Positions 28,101-40,510 of a stretch of DNA of 64,000 nt are shown piece after piece; positions within the stretch are counted from its first letter, which is position 1, and each line of letters opens with the position of its first letter. The stretch spans positions 12,680,451-12,744,450 of the forward strand of contig NC_134035.1 of assembly GCF_964204645.1 (NCBI RefSeq), given 5' to 3'. Under the pieces are notes generated by a model. The model made no database searches and had not been told where the DNA came from. It was given only the letters and a program-made list of their open reading frames with translations. Position numbers and translations under genes: made by a program. The DNA is from Tubulanus polymorphus. Taxonomy: Eukaryota > Animalia > Nemertea.

Positions 28101-29322
28101 CGATGATACTGATAGTCTCAAGGCTGTCGAGAAGAACACAAATGCTCTGACGATCTACTTCAAAATGGCACCGGAGTCGGAGAAAACTTTGTGCCAAAGT
28201 TCAACTTCTGATATCAATAATATTAGTAAAATGTCCAGTTTGGATACGATCGTAGAAGATGAGCAGCGGCATCAGTCAGCGGGAGCGATATTATACCCGG
28301 TTAAAACAGTTTCGACGGAGGCAGCACCGTGGTCCGCATCATTCCACGACTGTAGAACTATAACCGTGATCGAAGACGAACAAATAAGCGACGTTTATGG
28401 AGATACGCCAGCAACTTCAAAACAACTAAATCCAAAAGAAGCATCGTTATCTGCTATTGCCGAATGTCTGCCAGAAGATGAACTGATCGGGACAAGCGAT
28501 GCTCCTCGTCGGGGAGATGGTTTTGGAATCTCAAACTCTAAAGAACTGGATCATCTGGAACCGATGTTTCAAATGGACAAAGAATGGGTGACGGCGTCCT
28601 GTAATGAATCGATATCGAAGAAAAGTTATCCGTCCTGGTCGCATATAGAATGCGCTTTGTGTCGACAGAAAAAGGATAGAAAATCATTGTCGGCTGCCGT
28701 ATCGTCGTATGTTTACAACGAAAATATCTGCGACACGAGGTCGAACGATTCGTTCCAGACGATGTACGCGATGATACAACGACATTTCAGGGAACACTGT
28801 CGTAGCGCTCCGGAACTGGAACGAGCTGTCTTATCAGAACAGATGGAGGACGAGAAATCCGAGCGGGGTCTAGAACTAAGATCTACAACTTTACATGTGA
28901 ACTCTCACCTTAAGCGATATTACCCAGCTTCCGAAGAAAGGTCAGAAAAAGCAAGAAGTTGCAGCCAGTTTTCAGATGTAGATCTAAACAGTGATGAGAA
29001 TGCCGAACAAACTTGTTATTCCTATGAGCCTGCAAAATCATCGTCTTACTGTTCAGATGAGAGATGGTTAGAAGCATCTCCTTCTGATACTAGTTTCACG
29101 ACTACTGAACCGAAATCGACATCAAAATCGTCGTCCATGTCAAACTCATCATCTTGGTTTAATCAGCCAACTCCTCAGATACAGACGAGCAAGACGCCGC
29201 AGCCTCAACTATCGAACTCTGATAGCGATGATGAATTCAGCACCGGATATAAAACCACCACCAGACCAACTGTCAGATCGTATCCGAAGTTACTATATTC
29301 CTCTTCGGATGAAGATAATTAA
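22189..29322 (+). CDS. large acidic low-complexity orphan protein (~2284 aa) with multiple AKAP-like amphipathic helices
   Basis: 6.8-kb stop-free frame. Mini-exon 22189-22207 (MEIEFE, phase-1 donor gtatga) matches the phase-1 acceptor at 22487; AATAAA just after the stop. No family recognised. Confidence 0.85.
26590..27072 (+). repeat. coding Ser/Thr-rich tandem repeat (three ~141-162-bp units)
   Basis: TTSPVTSLTTIPERHSTTIIPTSSSTSSSTCSLTSPVTSCKASSVTS occurs three times. Confidence 0.9.
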
Positions 29323-29747
29323 CGAATAATAAATGCTACTAGTTTCATAAATGACGGTTTGCTCCATCTCTTCTTCTTTTCGATAATCAGGAATTACAGT
29401 GGAACCTTTAGCAACGAACTTCAGTGACCAGAAATAAATCGGTTTGATAATGCGGTAAATTCTCAATAAACGGGGCTTTACTTCCAATAGTTCTTTGTTT
29501 GGATACGAAATTAGTTCATTATTTCACGTTAATCATTAAATAAGTTCTAATAGTTAATAGGCTCCACAGATTTTTAACATTGTTTCCAACATCCTTTGCA
29601 ATATCCTCCTTCAGATTCATCTTTTTCGTCCTCATGAAGTCCACTTTACAGCAAGTCACAAGAATTTAAAACAAAACGCTTATATTCTTCTATATACATT
29701 AAAATGTATTCATCAATTCAGATTTTAAGACAATTAATTGCATATTA

Positions 29748-32700
29748 TCAACTTTTCTTGTTGTTGTTGCTCTTCCTGCGAGGCTGTAAGTTACTTCGCT
29801 TTGATTCTTTTTCATTCTGAAACGAAGCATCAAAATTTTCAAGCATCAAATCATCCTTTCATGAACTTACTAGAGGTGCGAAAAAAGAAAAACTATGTTA
29901 CTCACCTCTAACTTATTTTGTAAAGTTGGTAATATCTTTTTAAACCTAGGTACGAATTTCTGAACCGTTCTGGGATGAACCATCATTTCATTGACTACTT
30001 TGCCACCTTCTTTGAAAAGCCCTTTGAAGAATTTGACCTGAAGAAAGAGGATTTCTTACAACTTACAGCACAATTAGGTGGTACTCAAATCTACCCTGCG
30101 CATTCATGATCAGGCCACACTCTTTCATTGTAAGATTCAGTATATCAAATATAAAATAAAATCCCACAATTAGTGAAAAATAGAGACCAAAATGTTTCCT
30201 AGAGCTAGTGCTGTTTATTCGACGTTTCAACTATATCCTAATAGTCATCTTCAGGAATACTGTATTCCTTGAGCTAGTGTAGTTTATTCAACGTTTCGAC
30301 TATATCCTAATAGTCATCTTCAGGAATACTGTATTCCTTGAGCTAGTGTAGTTTATTCAACGTTTCGACTATATCCTAATAGTCATCTTCAGGAATACTG
30401 TATTCCTTGAGCTAGTGTAGTTTATTCAACGTTTCTACTATATCCTAATAGTCATCTTCAGGAATACTGTATTCCTTGAGCTAGTGTAGTTTATTCAACA
30501 TTTCGACTATATCCTAATAGTCATCTTCAGGAATACTGTAATTCTTGAGCTAGTGCAGTTTATTCAACGTTTCGACTATATCCTAATAGTCATCTTCAGG
30601 AATACTGTATTCCTCGAGCTAGTGTAGTTTATTCAACATTTCGACTATATCCTAATAGTCATCTTCAGGAATACTGTATTCCTCGAGCTAGTGTAGTTTA
30701 TTCAACATTTCGACTATATCCTAATAGTCATCTTCAGGAATAGTGTATTCCTTGAGCTAGTGTAGTTTATTCAACGTCTCGACTTTATCCTAATAGTCAT
30801 CTTCAGGAATACTGTATTCCTTGAGCTAGTGTAGTTTATTCAACGTTTCGACTTTATCCTAATAGTCATCTTCAGGAATACGCATTATTAGGACTACTAC
30901 CACTATTAGCATGTAGTGGAAACATGTTATAAACTACACTTGCTCAAGGAAACGTTTCAGAATCTACTTCTCATTCTTAGTGTAGGATTTCATATAACGG
31001 ATACAAAATACAACACGCCGTACTCATCAATGGTTTATTATACGAACTGCGCCGTACCTGTTTTTTCTCTAGTAACGTAATAGCGGTTCCTTGTTTACCG
31101 GCACGAGCAGCTCGTCCGACACGATGAGTATACGTCGTTAAATACTGAGGAGCTTCGTAAGAGACGACATATTTCACATTATCGATATCAATACCACGAG
31201 TCATTGCGTCAGAGCATACTAACCTACAAATACATATTCAATTACAATACAGTCTATACGGCTTTAATGAGCAAACTTGACATAAAATAATGCAAGTATC
31301 AGGAACCTGGATACTGAATTAAAACTATCAGAAGCCCAGGGGCCAGTTGCTCAAAAGTTGGTTAAAGATAACCAGTGGATAGATACCATAGTAACAATAA
31401 ACTCTTAATAATAATAAATTTTAATAATAATAAATTTATTTCCACAATAAAATTACAACATGTCATAAAGAGATATACAAATATGAAATGTTTTAATATA
31501 ATGCGGAGGAGATTAGATGAAGCCAATGAAGGCTTATAAAATCTCTAATCCCCTAGCATACACCGATTCACTCAACTCATACACACATGCAGTCATACAC
31601 CTTCACCCAACATGCACCCACACACGTAGTCACTCAGGCGGTCAATCACACTATCTTTCATTCACTCTTACAATCTGGTAATAGATTACAGATACAGACA
31701 GATTAATTACACATTCATTAGATACAATTTAAGTTTTCTTTTGAAAGTATCTATACACGACAGTTGTTTTAAACTTTTTGGCAAATTATTCCAGACAACA
31801 GGACCAGAAATTTTTACTGTGAATTGTGTTTTGTTAGTCCGAAATCTGGCAACACGAAAAGAATTCATATTTCTGGTTGAATACGAGTGTATATCAACAT
31901 TCTTTTTGAAATACCGATTAAAGGAATTTGGCAATTTTGAATTATTGAATTTGAACATAAATAGACTTAATTGAAATTTTGTGTTAATTTCTCTTAATTG
32001 TCACTATGTCAACTATCCACTGGTTAACTCTAAACAACTTTTGAGCAACTGGCCCCTGGACCCTTAACTCCTTCAGAAAATCTTCACCCTGGAGCCTGTG
32101 CCCCTACAGGCCTCTACAGCCCCTCAGACAATCTAAAGGATTTCACCCGAAACATCTATAACTGAAAATGAACTACAAACACCAGAAATTTTATCAGCAG
32201 ACTTTGAAAAGCTGATTGACCAAACTTCGCATGTGTTCAGTGCTTCACTTGAGACATTTATAACTGAAAATGAACTACAAACACATCACTTACACATCAA
32301 TTTTACCGGTTTTAAATTGCTGTAGAATTTTCGCTCGTTTATGTCGTAGATCTGAAGTGAATTCGTGTATGTTCAGATCGTCGCTGCAGAGTTGTAGAGT
32401 CAGCGATAATCGATGAACCGTATCTCGAGAATTCGAGAATATCAACATCGGGGTGAAGTGTAACGTGTGAAGCAGATGTAGAATCACTATCGGTTTCATG
32501 TCAACCTTACAGTCTATATAATACTCCTAAAATACACACATAAACCCTGAACTTAATATCAAATAAACAGTTGTACAGCAAGACCCGGTTTTACAGTTGT
32601 GAGTTCGAGTTAACTCTGATTTTAAGTTATTTCTTTTCCAATGTTAACTTCAAGAGTAAAATCTTAACTCAGAACTGTGGAACTGGACCCTGATATCATA

Positions 32701-35700
32701 TCATGTAGCCTGTATCCTGCACTGTCTCCGGCTGCCTGTAACCTGCACTGTCCCCAGCCACCTGTAACCTGCACCCCCCTTCAGACATATTCAAACTGCA
32801 CTAGAGACATTATGAATTGAAAATGACCACCAGAAATGAGACATTTTCAAAGAAGTGGTAAATCAGAACTTCAGATTGATACTAGTATTAATTGGAGCAA
32901 CTAAAGTGATGACTTCACACTGGACCTGACTGTAGATTGGAAATGAAATCCCCCCAGTATCTGGTGAGTACGGATGGTACCTTTAATCCGACGGGCGTCG
33001 TATACTTTCCGACGTAGTTAGATTCAGTTTTGTTTTCGTCGACGACGACCGATGTGAACAAACGCGGCATGAATAAGTTGAGCTGTTGCAGTTTTTCAGG
33101 ATTGTGAGACAACGTGGCGGAGAACAACAACTTCTGAACCTAGAAAAATAAAAAAGGGTTGAAACTCGAGATAAGCGTGCTTGGTGCGTATATAACCAGT
33201 ACTGTATTTGCTGCTAAACTAGTATTGGAATGTGTGGAAATTCGAACAATAGAACTTACAGGGATGACTCTATTACTACAACTGAAAAGTGAAAGATGAG
33301 AAAAGCAGTTTACAACGAAGTTGAAATAGGCCTCAATTATGTACGTAGGTTAAGGTGATATGTATCTTACTTGGCAGCTGTAATCGGTTGATGGAAAGGA
33401 TTATGTTTTTTGTCATAACCGAGTTGTTTAAGCATCAAATCCTCGAGAATTTGTAACCAATCTTGATTTGTGTAGTCCATCATTCGATCGGCTTCATCTA
33501 TAACCTGAAAGACAGAGAGGAGTGAGAGACAGGGAGACAGAGAGAGAGAGAGAGAGAGGGGATGGGAGTGAGAGACAGGAAGACAGAGAGAGAGAGAGAA
33601 GTGAGAGATAGGGAGACAGAGAGAGAGAGAGAGGGGATGGGAGTCAGAGACAGAGAGAGTGAGAGAGGAGTGAGAGACAGAGAGACAGAGAGAGAGAGAG
33701 GGGATGGGAGTGAGAGACAGAGAGACAGAGAGAGAGAGAGGGGATGGGAGTGAGAGACAGAGAGACAGAGAGAGAGAGAGAGAGGAGTGAGAGACAGAGA
33801 GACAGAGAGAGCCAGATAGAGAGGAGTCAGAGACAGGGAGATAGAGAGAAGGGATGGGAGTGAGAGACAGGAAGACACAGAGAGAGAGAGAAGTGAGAGA
33901 CAGGGAGACAGAGAGAGAGAGAGAGGGGATGGGAGTCAGAGACAGAGAGAGTGAGAGAGGAGTGAGAGACAGAGAGACAGAGAGAGAGAGAGGGGATGGG
34001 AGTGAGAGACAGGGAGACAGAGAGGAGTCAGAGACAGGGAGATATAGAGAGTAGATAGAGGACAAGGATTTTACATAGGATGATAAAATGAAGGCTAGAG
34101 AAAAGGGTTTAACAGTCGTACAGGGTAGAACATTGAAATCATATTGAAATTACCAGATATCTGAGATATGAAACATTAAATCCTTCGGTGTTTAACATAT
34201 GATCTACGAGTCTCCCAGCCGTCGTTACTAGAATATCGGCTAAACTTTCATTCGTTCTACAATATAGAATAGCAACAAATATTTAAAATTCGAAAAGTGT
34301 CAGGAATTTGATGAAAAAAAGCTACCAGAACTCACCGGGAATGTATAATATTCCGCTGTTCAGCTATCAAACTCTTATTAGCACCACCAATTAGGCAAAC
34401 CTAGGAATTACAATAAATCATTCCTACAAATACAAAACTTGTGATTGTTTGATTGCGAGAAATAGTAATCAATGAACTGTGAGCTTACCTTTAACTTAGT
34501 ATCAGCAGTATACGTCATGAATACTTGATAAACTTGTCTCGCTAATTCTTGCACGGGTAAAACGACTAATGCTCGTAAACGACAGGCGACCCTCGTCTTT
34601 AAAGCCTTAAACATAGAATAAATAATACAGTTAACCTCGCCAACTCTGACTATAGCGCCAACTCTTGACTTTTGACTAACTCAAAAACGAAATCATTTTC
34701 TGAATTCCTAACATATTTTGCTATGGGATCATTCATTTATTACGTACGCATTAGGGGAGGGGGGAGGGGTCAGTGCAATTGCGTACTGTAATGCTTAATA
34801 ACAAGAGAAATCCCACAATAAGTTCAGCCAAAACGAGAAACTTGAATAGAAGAGTTATATATATTTGCGCAACGTTTCGGCTAAAGACTATTAGCCATCA
34901 TCAGGCGTACTGAGTACAGGAGAATATTACAAGATATTTATACAAGACCAAAACAATAGAAGCAGAGTGAGTGATTAAAATATTGAAAGGGGAATAGATT
35001 AAAGTAATGACATAACAACTAGAAAACAATGCTAAAGTAAGCAAGGCAAACTAGGGGCAATGTAGATTAAAGTAATTAATAAACAAAGACACAAGCTAAA
35101 GTGATTAAAACGGGAGGACAAGCTAAGGGGTAATCAAATAAAACAAAGAGAAGGAACATGAAAGGCGATAATCAGTGAGTGAGTTGTAATGCTTAATGTA
35201 TATGCAAAAATGGCTGATCCTGTGTACATGGGGGAGGGGGGTTGAAAAATTCAAATTTTATGCGTACGTAATAAATGAATGATCCCTATCCGTAACTAAG
35301 TTTGTTAGGTTTTAGTTTAGAGATAGGTGAGGTCTACTATACTACAGCCTGCAATCTCACAGATTCCTGAATGAACCAGTGTCTCAGAAAGCATGTTATC
35401 TGAAGCTTGACCCAATCAGTACATCAGCACTACAGCTTAATGCAGCTCACTGTAGACTATCATAAAACCGTTAACTCACTGCAATTTTCAAATCATCTCA
35501 GCAGCACTTAACAATTAATAATAATCAGCAGCAAGAAAAGTTCAACAAAGATCTGAGTGATTTACCTGAACGATAGGTAAAACAAACGCCAGTGTTTTTC
35601 CGCTACCAGTCGGCGATGAACAGCAAATATCATGCGGACGGTATCCGGCTAAACCGGAGTAAAAGGTCGGTCGAATCGATTTCATTATTTCCGGAATTAT

Positions 35701-38108
35701 TTGATTTTGAACTGAAAGAAGAATTAGTGAAAATTCAGATGACGCAATATTCAACCGGAGTTTCGTAAAGACGAACTGGACCAGATTCTACAGTTCTTTA
35801 ATAATACGTTCCCTGCCGATTACAATTACACTTTGTCACCAGAATTTATTTGTAGCTGATTCTTCCTATTTACAGTTAGATATTTGCACTATGACACATG
35901 GGAATGACACGGTTCCTGATTGGTTGGCAATGTAAACAAACTCAGCTTCATTCTCAATGCTAGGTGGTCGATTTTGAGCAAAGGCCGACTGTGTAATAGC
36001 TCCAGTGCCGACTCATAGTAGCGGCAAAACTACCAGTATTCATGGTGAAAATTGGGGCAGCAGCAAACGTGTTAAATTCATTTTCACTTGTTCAACAGTA
36101 GAACCGGGTCGTGTTGAAAAATAATCATATTTACCGGGGAATAAATGCGTTATTCCGTGTTTTTTCAACGTATCTTTCATTTCCTGAGTTAAGCTGGAAT
36201 CGGCGTCATCAAGAGCGACTTTACACGAACTGATATCGCGGTCGATGATTTTAGGAGTCGACAACCAGTGAGGCAAAATACGCGCAACCTTCAAATCAAA
36301 TACATCAAGCAATTAATTAGGACAAATATCACTCGCCAGGGTCCAGTTTCAGTTTAAGTTTCAATTGTCGTAGATATTGAAATTATGAAGCAATTAATAT
36401 AAGGCTAAAGCGATGAAACAGAAGGTTTGAATTAACTCTTTCTCTTGAAACTGGAGCCAGTTCCACGGTTTTGAATTGGATCGCTCAAGACAGTGTCCCT
36501 CGAGAATACAAACGTAACACAAATACTGATGATGAGAAAGAAACTACGACAGAATTTAACTTGGGTTTCGAATTCAATTTCTAGTCAGCTTCACCTGTCG
36601 GACCAAACGGTGTAGTACCGTACAAAGCTAATAAGATAAAACCCACTATCTACAGACCTGACGATGATCTCTAGAGTGAGATCGAAACGTCGTGTATTCT
36701 ATATTCTAGATTGAATAAATAATTTCGTGTTTTTAAATTCTTTTAATCTGTAGATAGTGGGTTTCTATCTTATTATCCGTTCACCACGTTTGAGTGTGGT
36801 TATCATTCTAAGCTGTTTATAATCACTATTTACCTCTGGTTTGACCTCCTCTTCTAAACTACCGATAACCGTGTAGCCTCCTATTTCATTCGTTCCCGCG
36901 CTATTCTCCTCAGCTCCCGCTCGTTCCTCCTTGGCTCCTGTAGAGGATGACGTTTCATCCTCAGCGGTCTCGTATTCCGAATCATTCTCTTCCTCATCGT
37001 CATCAATCGAAGATTTCTGCGGAGTGTGAAAACTTTCGTTTCCCGACTCGTAGATTTTCTCATCCTCGAGTTCGAGCTGTTTTTCTATTTTTGTTAAAGG
37101 TGTTTTTAGAAGTTTCGACGAAGCGAGTTTTTTCTTCTTCGACGTCTTTTTCTTCTGTGAATTTAGATCTCCAGTTTTAGACTTTTTCTTCACCGGAGTT
37201 TCTGTGATATCGTCATTATTTTTCTCTCCAACTACGGTTGAATCTAACTGATTATTTTCTTGCTGTTCTATTCGAGCGAGTTTACGTTTTTTCGCTCGTT
37301 CATTCAGTTTCTCTAAAATTGATTTCGCTTTATCCGGAGTCACCGATGTCTGTTCTTCAATTCCACCGTATCTGAAGTATACAAAATACCGTCTAACATC
37401 AAACAGTGTCAGGTATATCTCTGAACACAACCAGCAGGGGTTCATAAATCACAGCACTCAGACCTTGATCTATCTCAGTTTGTTTCCCAAGACTATCCCT
37501 GATGACGTGGAGCTACTGCAGTTTAGTTGTCAGTAATGATGCACCTAAGATATCCATAACAATTTAATCAATAGGCTAACTAGCGCCACATGGAATCGAA
37601 ATGCATCTTAAACTGGTCGGCAGATAAGACAGGTGCACTAATAGTCTGAATACCAGTCGTTGTTACGGTTCCCTCTAACAACAGTTGTTTGTGGAACGAC
37701 GGCTAGGTAGGCTTAGACTCGTCAGTAACCTGACTGTGGTTTAGTTTCACGATCGGATATTTTCACAAACCACATTGTTGGTATAAGCTCATCCGATTAT
37801 AAAAAGCTTACCACCAACGATTAGGTAACTAACTAGGCTTAGACTAGAGTAGTACAGTAACAATTTAGTCAATGATGGTGAGTGTGGAGCAGTGATAGGC
37901 GCTGCCTGGTGTAGTAACCTGGCATAAAATCTACTCTTTCGTTGATTGGTCTTCCTTTTTTGCCGGCATTTCTTCTTCGACGTCTTCTGACTTCTTCGAC
38001 ACCGACCGACCGTCACTTGTAAAAAAAGTCAGCATACTTCGAGAAACCGCACGTATTTCAGTTGTACAACTTATTTCATTTATCATCTTACCTCGTTACA
38101 GGGAACAT
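29748..38108 (-). CDS. DDX51: DEAD-box RNA helicase DDX51 (Dbp6), 14 exons, ~684 aa
   Basis: Exons 38108-38092, 37371-36834, 36288-36135, 35711-35566, 34605-34489, 34400-34336, 34256-34154, 33504-33371, 33281-33260, 33139-32981, 32526-32294, 31223-31058, 30037-29906, 29816-29748 sum to 2055 nt. Motifs LFPVQ, SPTGSGKT, VIDEADRM, LFSATL, HRVGRAARAG; DDX51-typical RILPHWL, NPEKLQQLNLF, GKYTTPVGL. Confidence 0.93.
30202..30881 (-). ncRNA. tandem array of ten 69-bp units, each a minimal hammerhead ribozyme motif
   Basis: Units start at 30202+69n. Minus strand: UAUUC-CUGAAGA-U-GACUAU-UAGGAU-AUAGUC-GAAAC-GUU-GAAUA. A diverged, truncated inverted copy follows at ~30900-30990. Confidence 0.75.
31339..32056. 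mobile_element. GGGGCCAGTTGCTCAAAAGTTG MITE interrupted by a LINE
   Basis: 22-bp TIRs at both ends; uninterrupted relative at 16545-16686. Confidence 0.8.
31410..31990 (-). mobile_element. 5'-truncated CR1/L2/Crack-type LINE 3' end
   Basis: ORF2 tail HSYSTR...GPVVWNNLP...FKRKLKLYL (31707-31958), 3' UTR, (TTA)n tail, TSD ctcttaat at 31402-31409 and 31991-31998. Confidence 0.85.
33510..34062. repeat. compound GA-rich microsatellite in DDX51 intron
   Basis: gagacagagagaga/ggggatgggagtgagagac units. Confidence 0.93.
34800..35184 (-). mobile_element. ~385-bp non-coding retro-insertion with a hammerhead motif (Penelope-like/retrozyme-like)
   Basis: Flanked by direct repeat tgtaatgcttaat inside a MITE whose empty copy (10549-10709) has it once. 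Motif 34868-34907 minus: CGC-CUGAUGA-U-GGCUAA-UAGUCU-UUAGCC-GAAAC-GUU-GCG. Confidence 0.75.
36632..36812 (+). mobile_element. Penelope-like pLTR remnant with hammerhead motif (36656-36695)
   Basis: CUGACGA-U-GAUCUC-UAGAGU-GAGAUC-GAAAC-GUC; short inverted terminal duplication; same family as 8275-8535. Confidence 0.7.
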
Positions 38109-39265
38109 TGTGGCAGTTTGTCCACGATCTCTCGTTCAGTGATTATCTATTTCTATTTCTTCATTTAAGAAAGGAATACATGTGTTGATTTAAACAAAAT
38201 CAATTCAATTCAACAAACCGGATGTCTCCACGACACTTTGAATTAAATTTCCACTTCAATTCAAAATTTATTGCATCCGTATATATATTGCATCAAAACC
38301 GTCAATACTGATTAAAACCGTCTGATACCGACCAAAAAGCCGTCTAATACCGACCAAAAGTAAAATTAGTACCGACCAAAATTGAACCATTAAAAGTAAA
38401 TCATGATACCGACCAAAATTAACATTATTGCCGACCAAAACCAACCAAGTAAAATGAGAGTAAATTCGGTCCAATGATGACTAAAACTCGCGGTTTTTAG
38501 CCTTGTTATTATTTGAAATCTTTCACTATTGAAAACTGTCTGGTAACTTGACTTTCACTCGCTGGGCGAAGCAGAGACTACTATATTTTAAATTTTTGTT
38601 TTGAATAACAGACTAGCGGGAGAGTTCTATCTTGTCAAATCAGATTCGATTTTCCTAATCATAATTTGCTAGTTCACGTGTAGTCCAAATAAAGAGCACT
38701 GACTTGAATCTGACGCCTGTTCCACAAACGACTGACAAATACTGTCCCACTTTTAAAAATATTATTTCCTATGAATGAGTTTCAGGTTTCTCTTTCAGTT
38801 TTGACATTCATATCAGTTTTTCGAAACAAATTTGCGAGTCTAATCTTCAAATCGTATTAAATCACCCGGCCTTCGGCGGGATTTGATGATTTGACAAATC
38901 GATTTCGAATTTGAAGATGCCGTGATGAATTCAAAAATTAGACCATATCAAATTTGATTATGACAAGATAAAAACGATTTTACTCAAATTTAGAGAGAAT
39001 CCCACAATGATAATAAAAAGTCCGAAAAATGGGGCTACTAAAGTCCATTTTCGGACTTTTTATTATCATTGTGGGATTCTCTCTACATCGCGTCAACACG
39101 GATATAGTGTTCTATACCAATCGTGATCAAATTTGATTTGATAAAATTTGCCTTCCTCAACTTTCAGCCCGATCGGCGAAGGAAACTTCGTGTGCTCCGG
39201 CGGCGTCGATCGGGTCTGAAAAAGTCTGGACTCCAGCCGGCGTTCGTGTTTATTATTTGAGGACT

Positions 39266-39266
<1 letters not shown>

Positions 39267-39355
<89 letters not shown>
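39267..39355. repeat. (TAA)n microsatellite
   Basis: Directly visible. Confidence 0.97.
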
Positions 39356-39769
39356 TTTTATTTCCACAAGAAATTGTAACAAATTTTATATTTATAAAGG
39401 ATGTAACCTTTTAAATCGAACTCGGTTTCAAGCTTTTGCCCAGGTTAGGACCCCAGACGAACGATCGACTGATGCTCGAAGACTGTAGCCTACCGACCGG
39501 AGCCGACTGACTGGAGCCGACCGCAACAGACTGAAAAAAACCAGGCGGCGCTAAATTCGAGAGTCGAGAATCAAGTAATTTACTTTATATGGCCTTAAAA
39601 TTCCACGGAATGGTTCGGCTGGCTACTGGCGCGTATTCAAGTAACAATTGCGGTTTTTCAGAGTTGTTGATATCATTTATACGCCCTATTGAATACGTCA
39701 CCGGCTGACCACAGTATGTATTAAGCATAGGAAACCATTCATTCACCTCGGCTATCTCACACTGTGAAC

Positions 39770-40108
39770 ATGCTTCCGTGGATTCTCCTGGCGATCATGA
39801 TCCTGGCGATCTTCGCTGCGCTCCTGTTCCTGCTTCCTGAGGAACGACGTCTTTATGTTTTATGTGTTACTGTTCGTCTCCGTACTGTCCTGTACTGTTC
39901 TGTGTTAATTAATCCGTTCTATTTTTCAGCATTTAATCCATTCTTTATTTCAGGGCCGATTTCTCTCTCGATTTTTAATATTTTATGGAACAAAACTAAT
40001 ATCCGAAAGCGTCGGCTCTCCTTTGCCGGTCACGTGTCAAGAATGGCAGGTAAGAGTCGGCCAGGAAATGATGTCCCTACGTGCCCTCACACAGGGAACG
40101 CAAACTAG
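39770..40108 (+). CDS. putative orphan hydrophobic small protein, copy A (~112 aa), RTE-derived C-terminus
   Basis: ORF conserved with the inverted paralog at 57365-57754; indels preserve frame; upstream intron 39575-39661 conserved; IRKRRLSFAGHVSRM resembles the RTE ORF tail. Confidence 0.4.
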   Translation: MLPWILLAIMILAIFAALLFLLPEERRLYVLCVTVRLRTVLYCSVLINPFYFSAFNPFFISGPISLSIFNILWNKTNIRKRRLSFAGHVSRMAGKSRPGNDVPTCPHTGNAN

Positions 40109-40253
40109 GACGACAATGCCTCACATCATTATCTGCCTACAGTGTGTACTGAGTGACATCAATGACTGTCAGATCTAGAGCTTAGAATTAAGGCACTAGA
40201 CCATCTGCATGGCGCATATATGGGCCTGATCCAAATCTGCACAAGAAGCATTT

Positions 40254-40510
40254 CAGGGTCCGATCTAAGGAATGAAAGCCACTTGCCCGGGGCAAGCATA
40301 TCTGAAATTTCGCTTGCCCCCCTCCAAAAGCTACTTGCCCTTCACAGGCATTCCGATTGGTGGCACTATCATCCGTTGTATCGAGTGGGAAAAAAGCTTT
40401 GTGACATAAAATTGCACTAGCCCGGGGGACAAATGATAATGATAACCTACTTGCCCTGATGAGAATATACTTGTCCCGGGCAATCGGACAAGTACTAAGA
40501 TCAGACCCTG
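40254..40510. mobile_element. MITE with CAGGGTCTGATCTAAG TIR
   Basis: Copies at 47679-47929, 50675-50925 and 59361-59615. Confidence 0.75.

Noticed and set aside
33367-34065. 232-aa SL-rich ORF
   Set aside because: GA microsatellite read into a DDX51 exon.
39164-39382. poly-Tyr ORF
   Set aside because: (TAA)n microsatellite.
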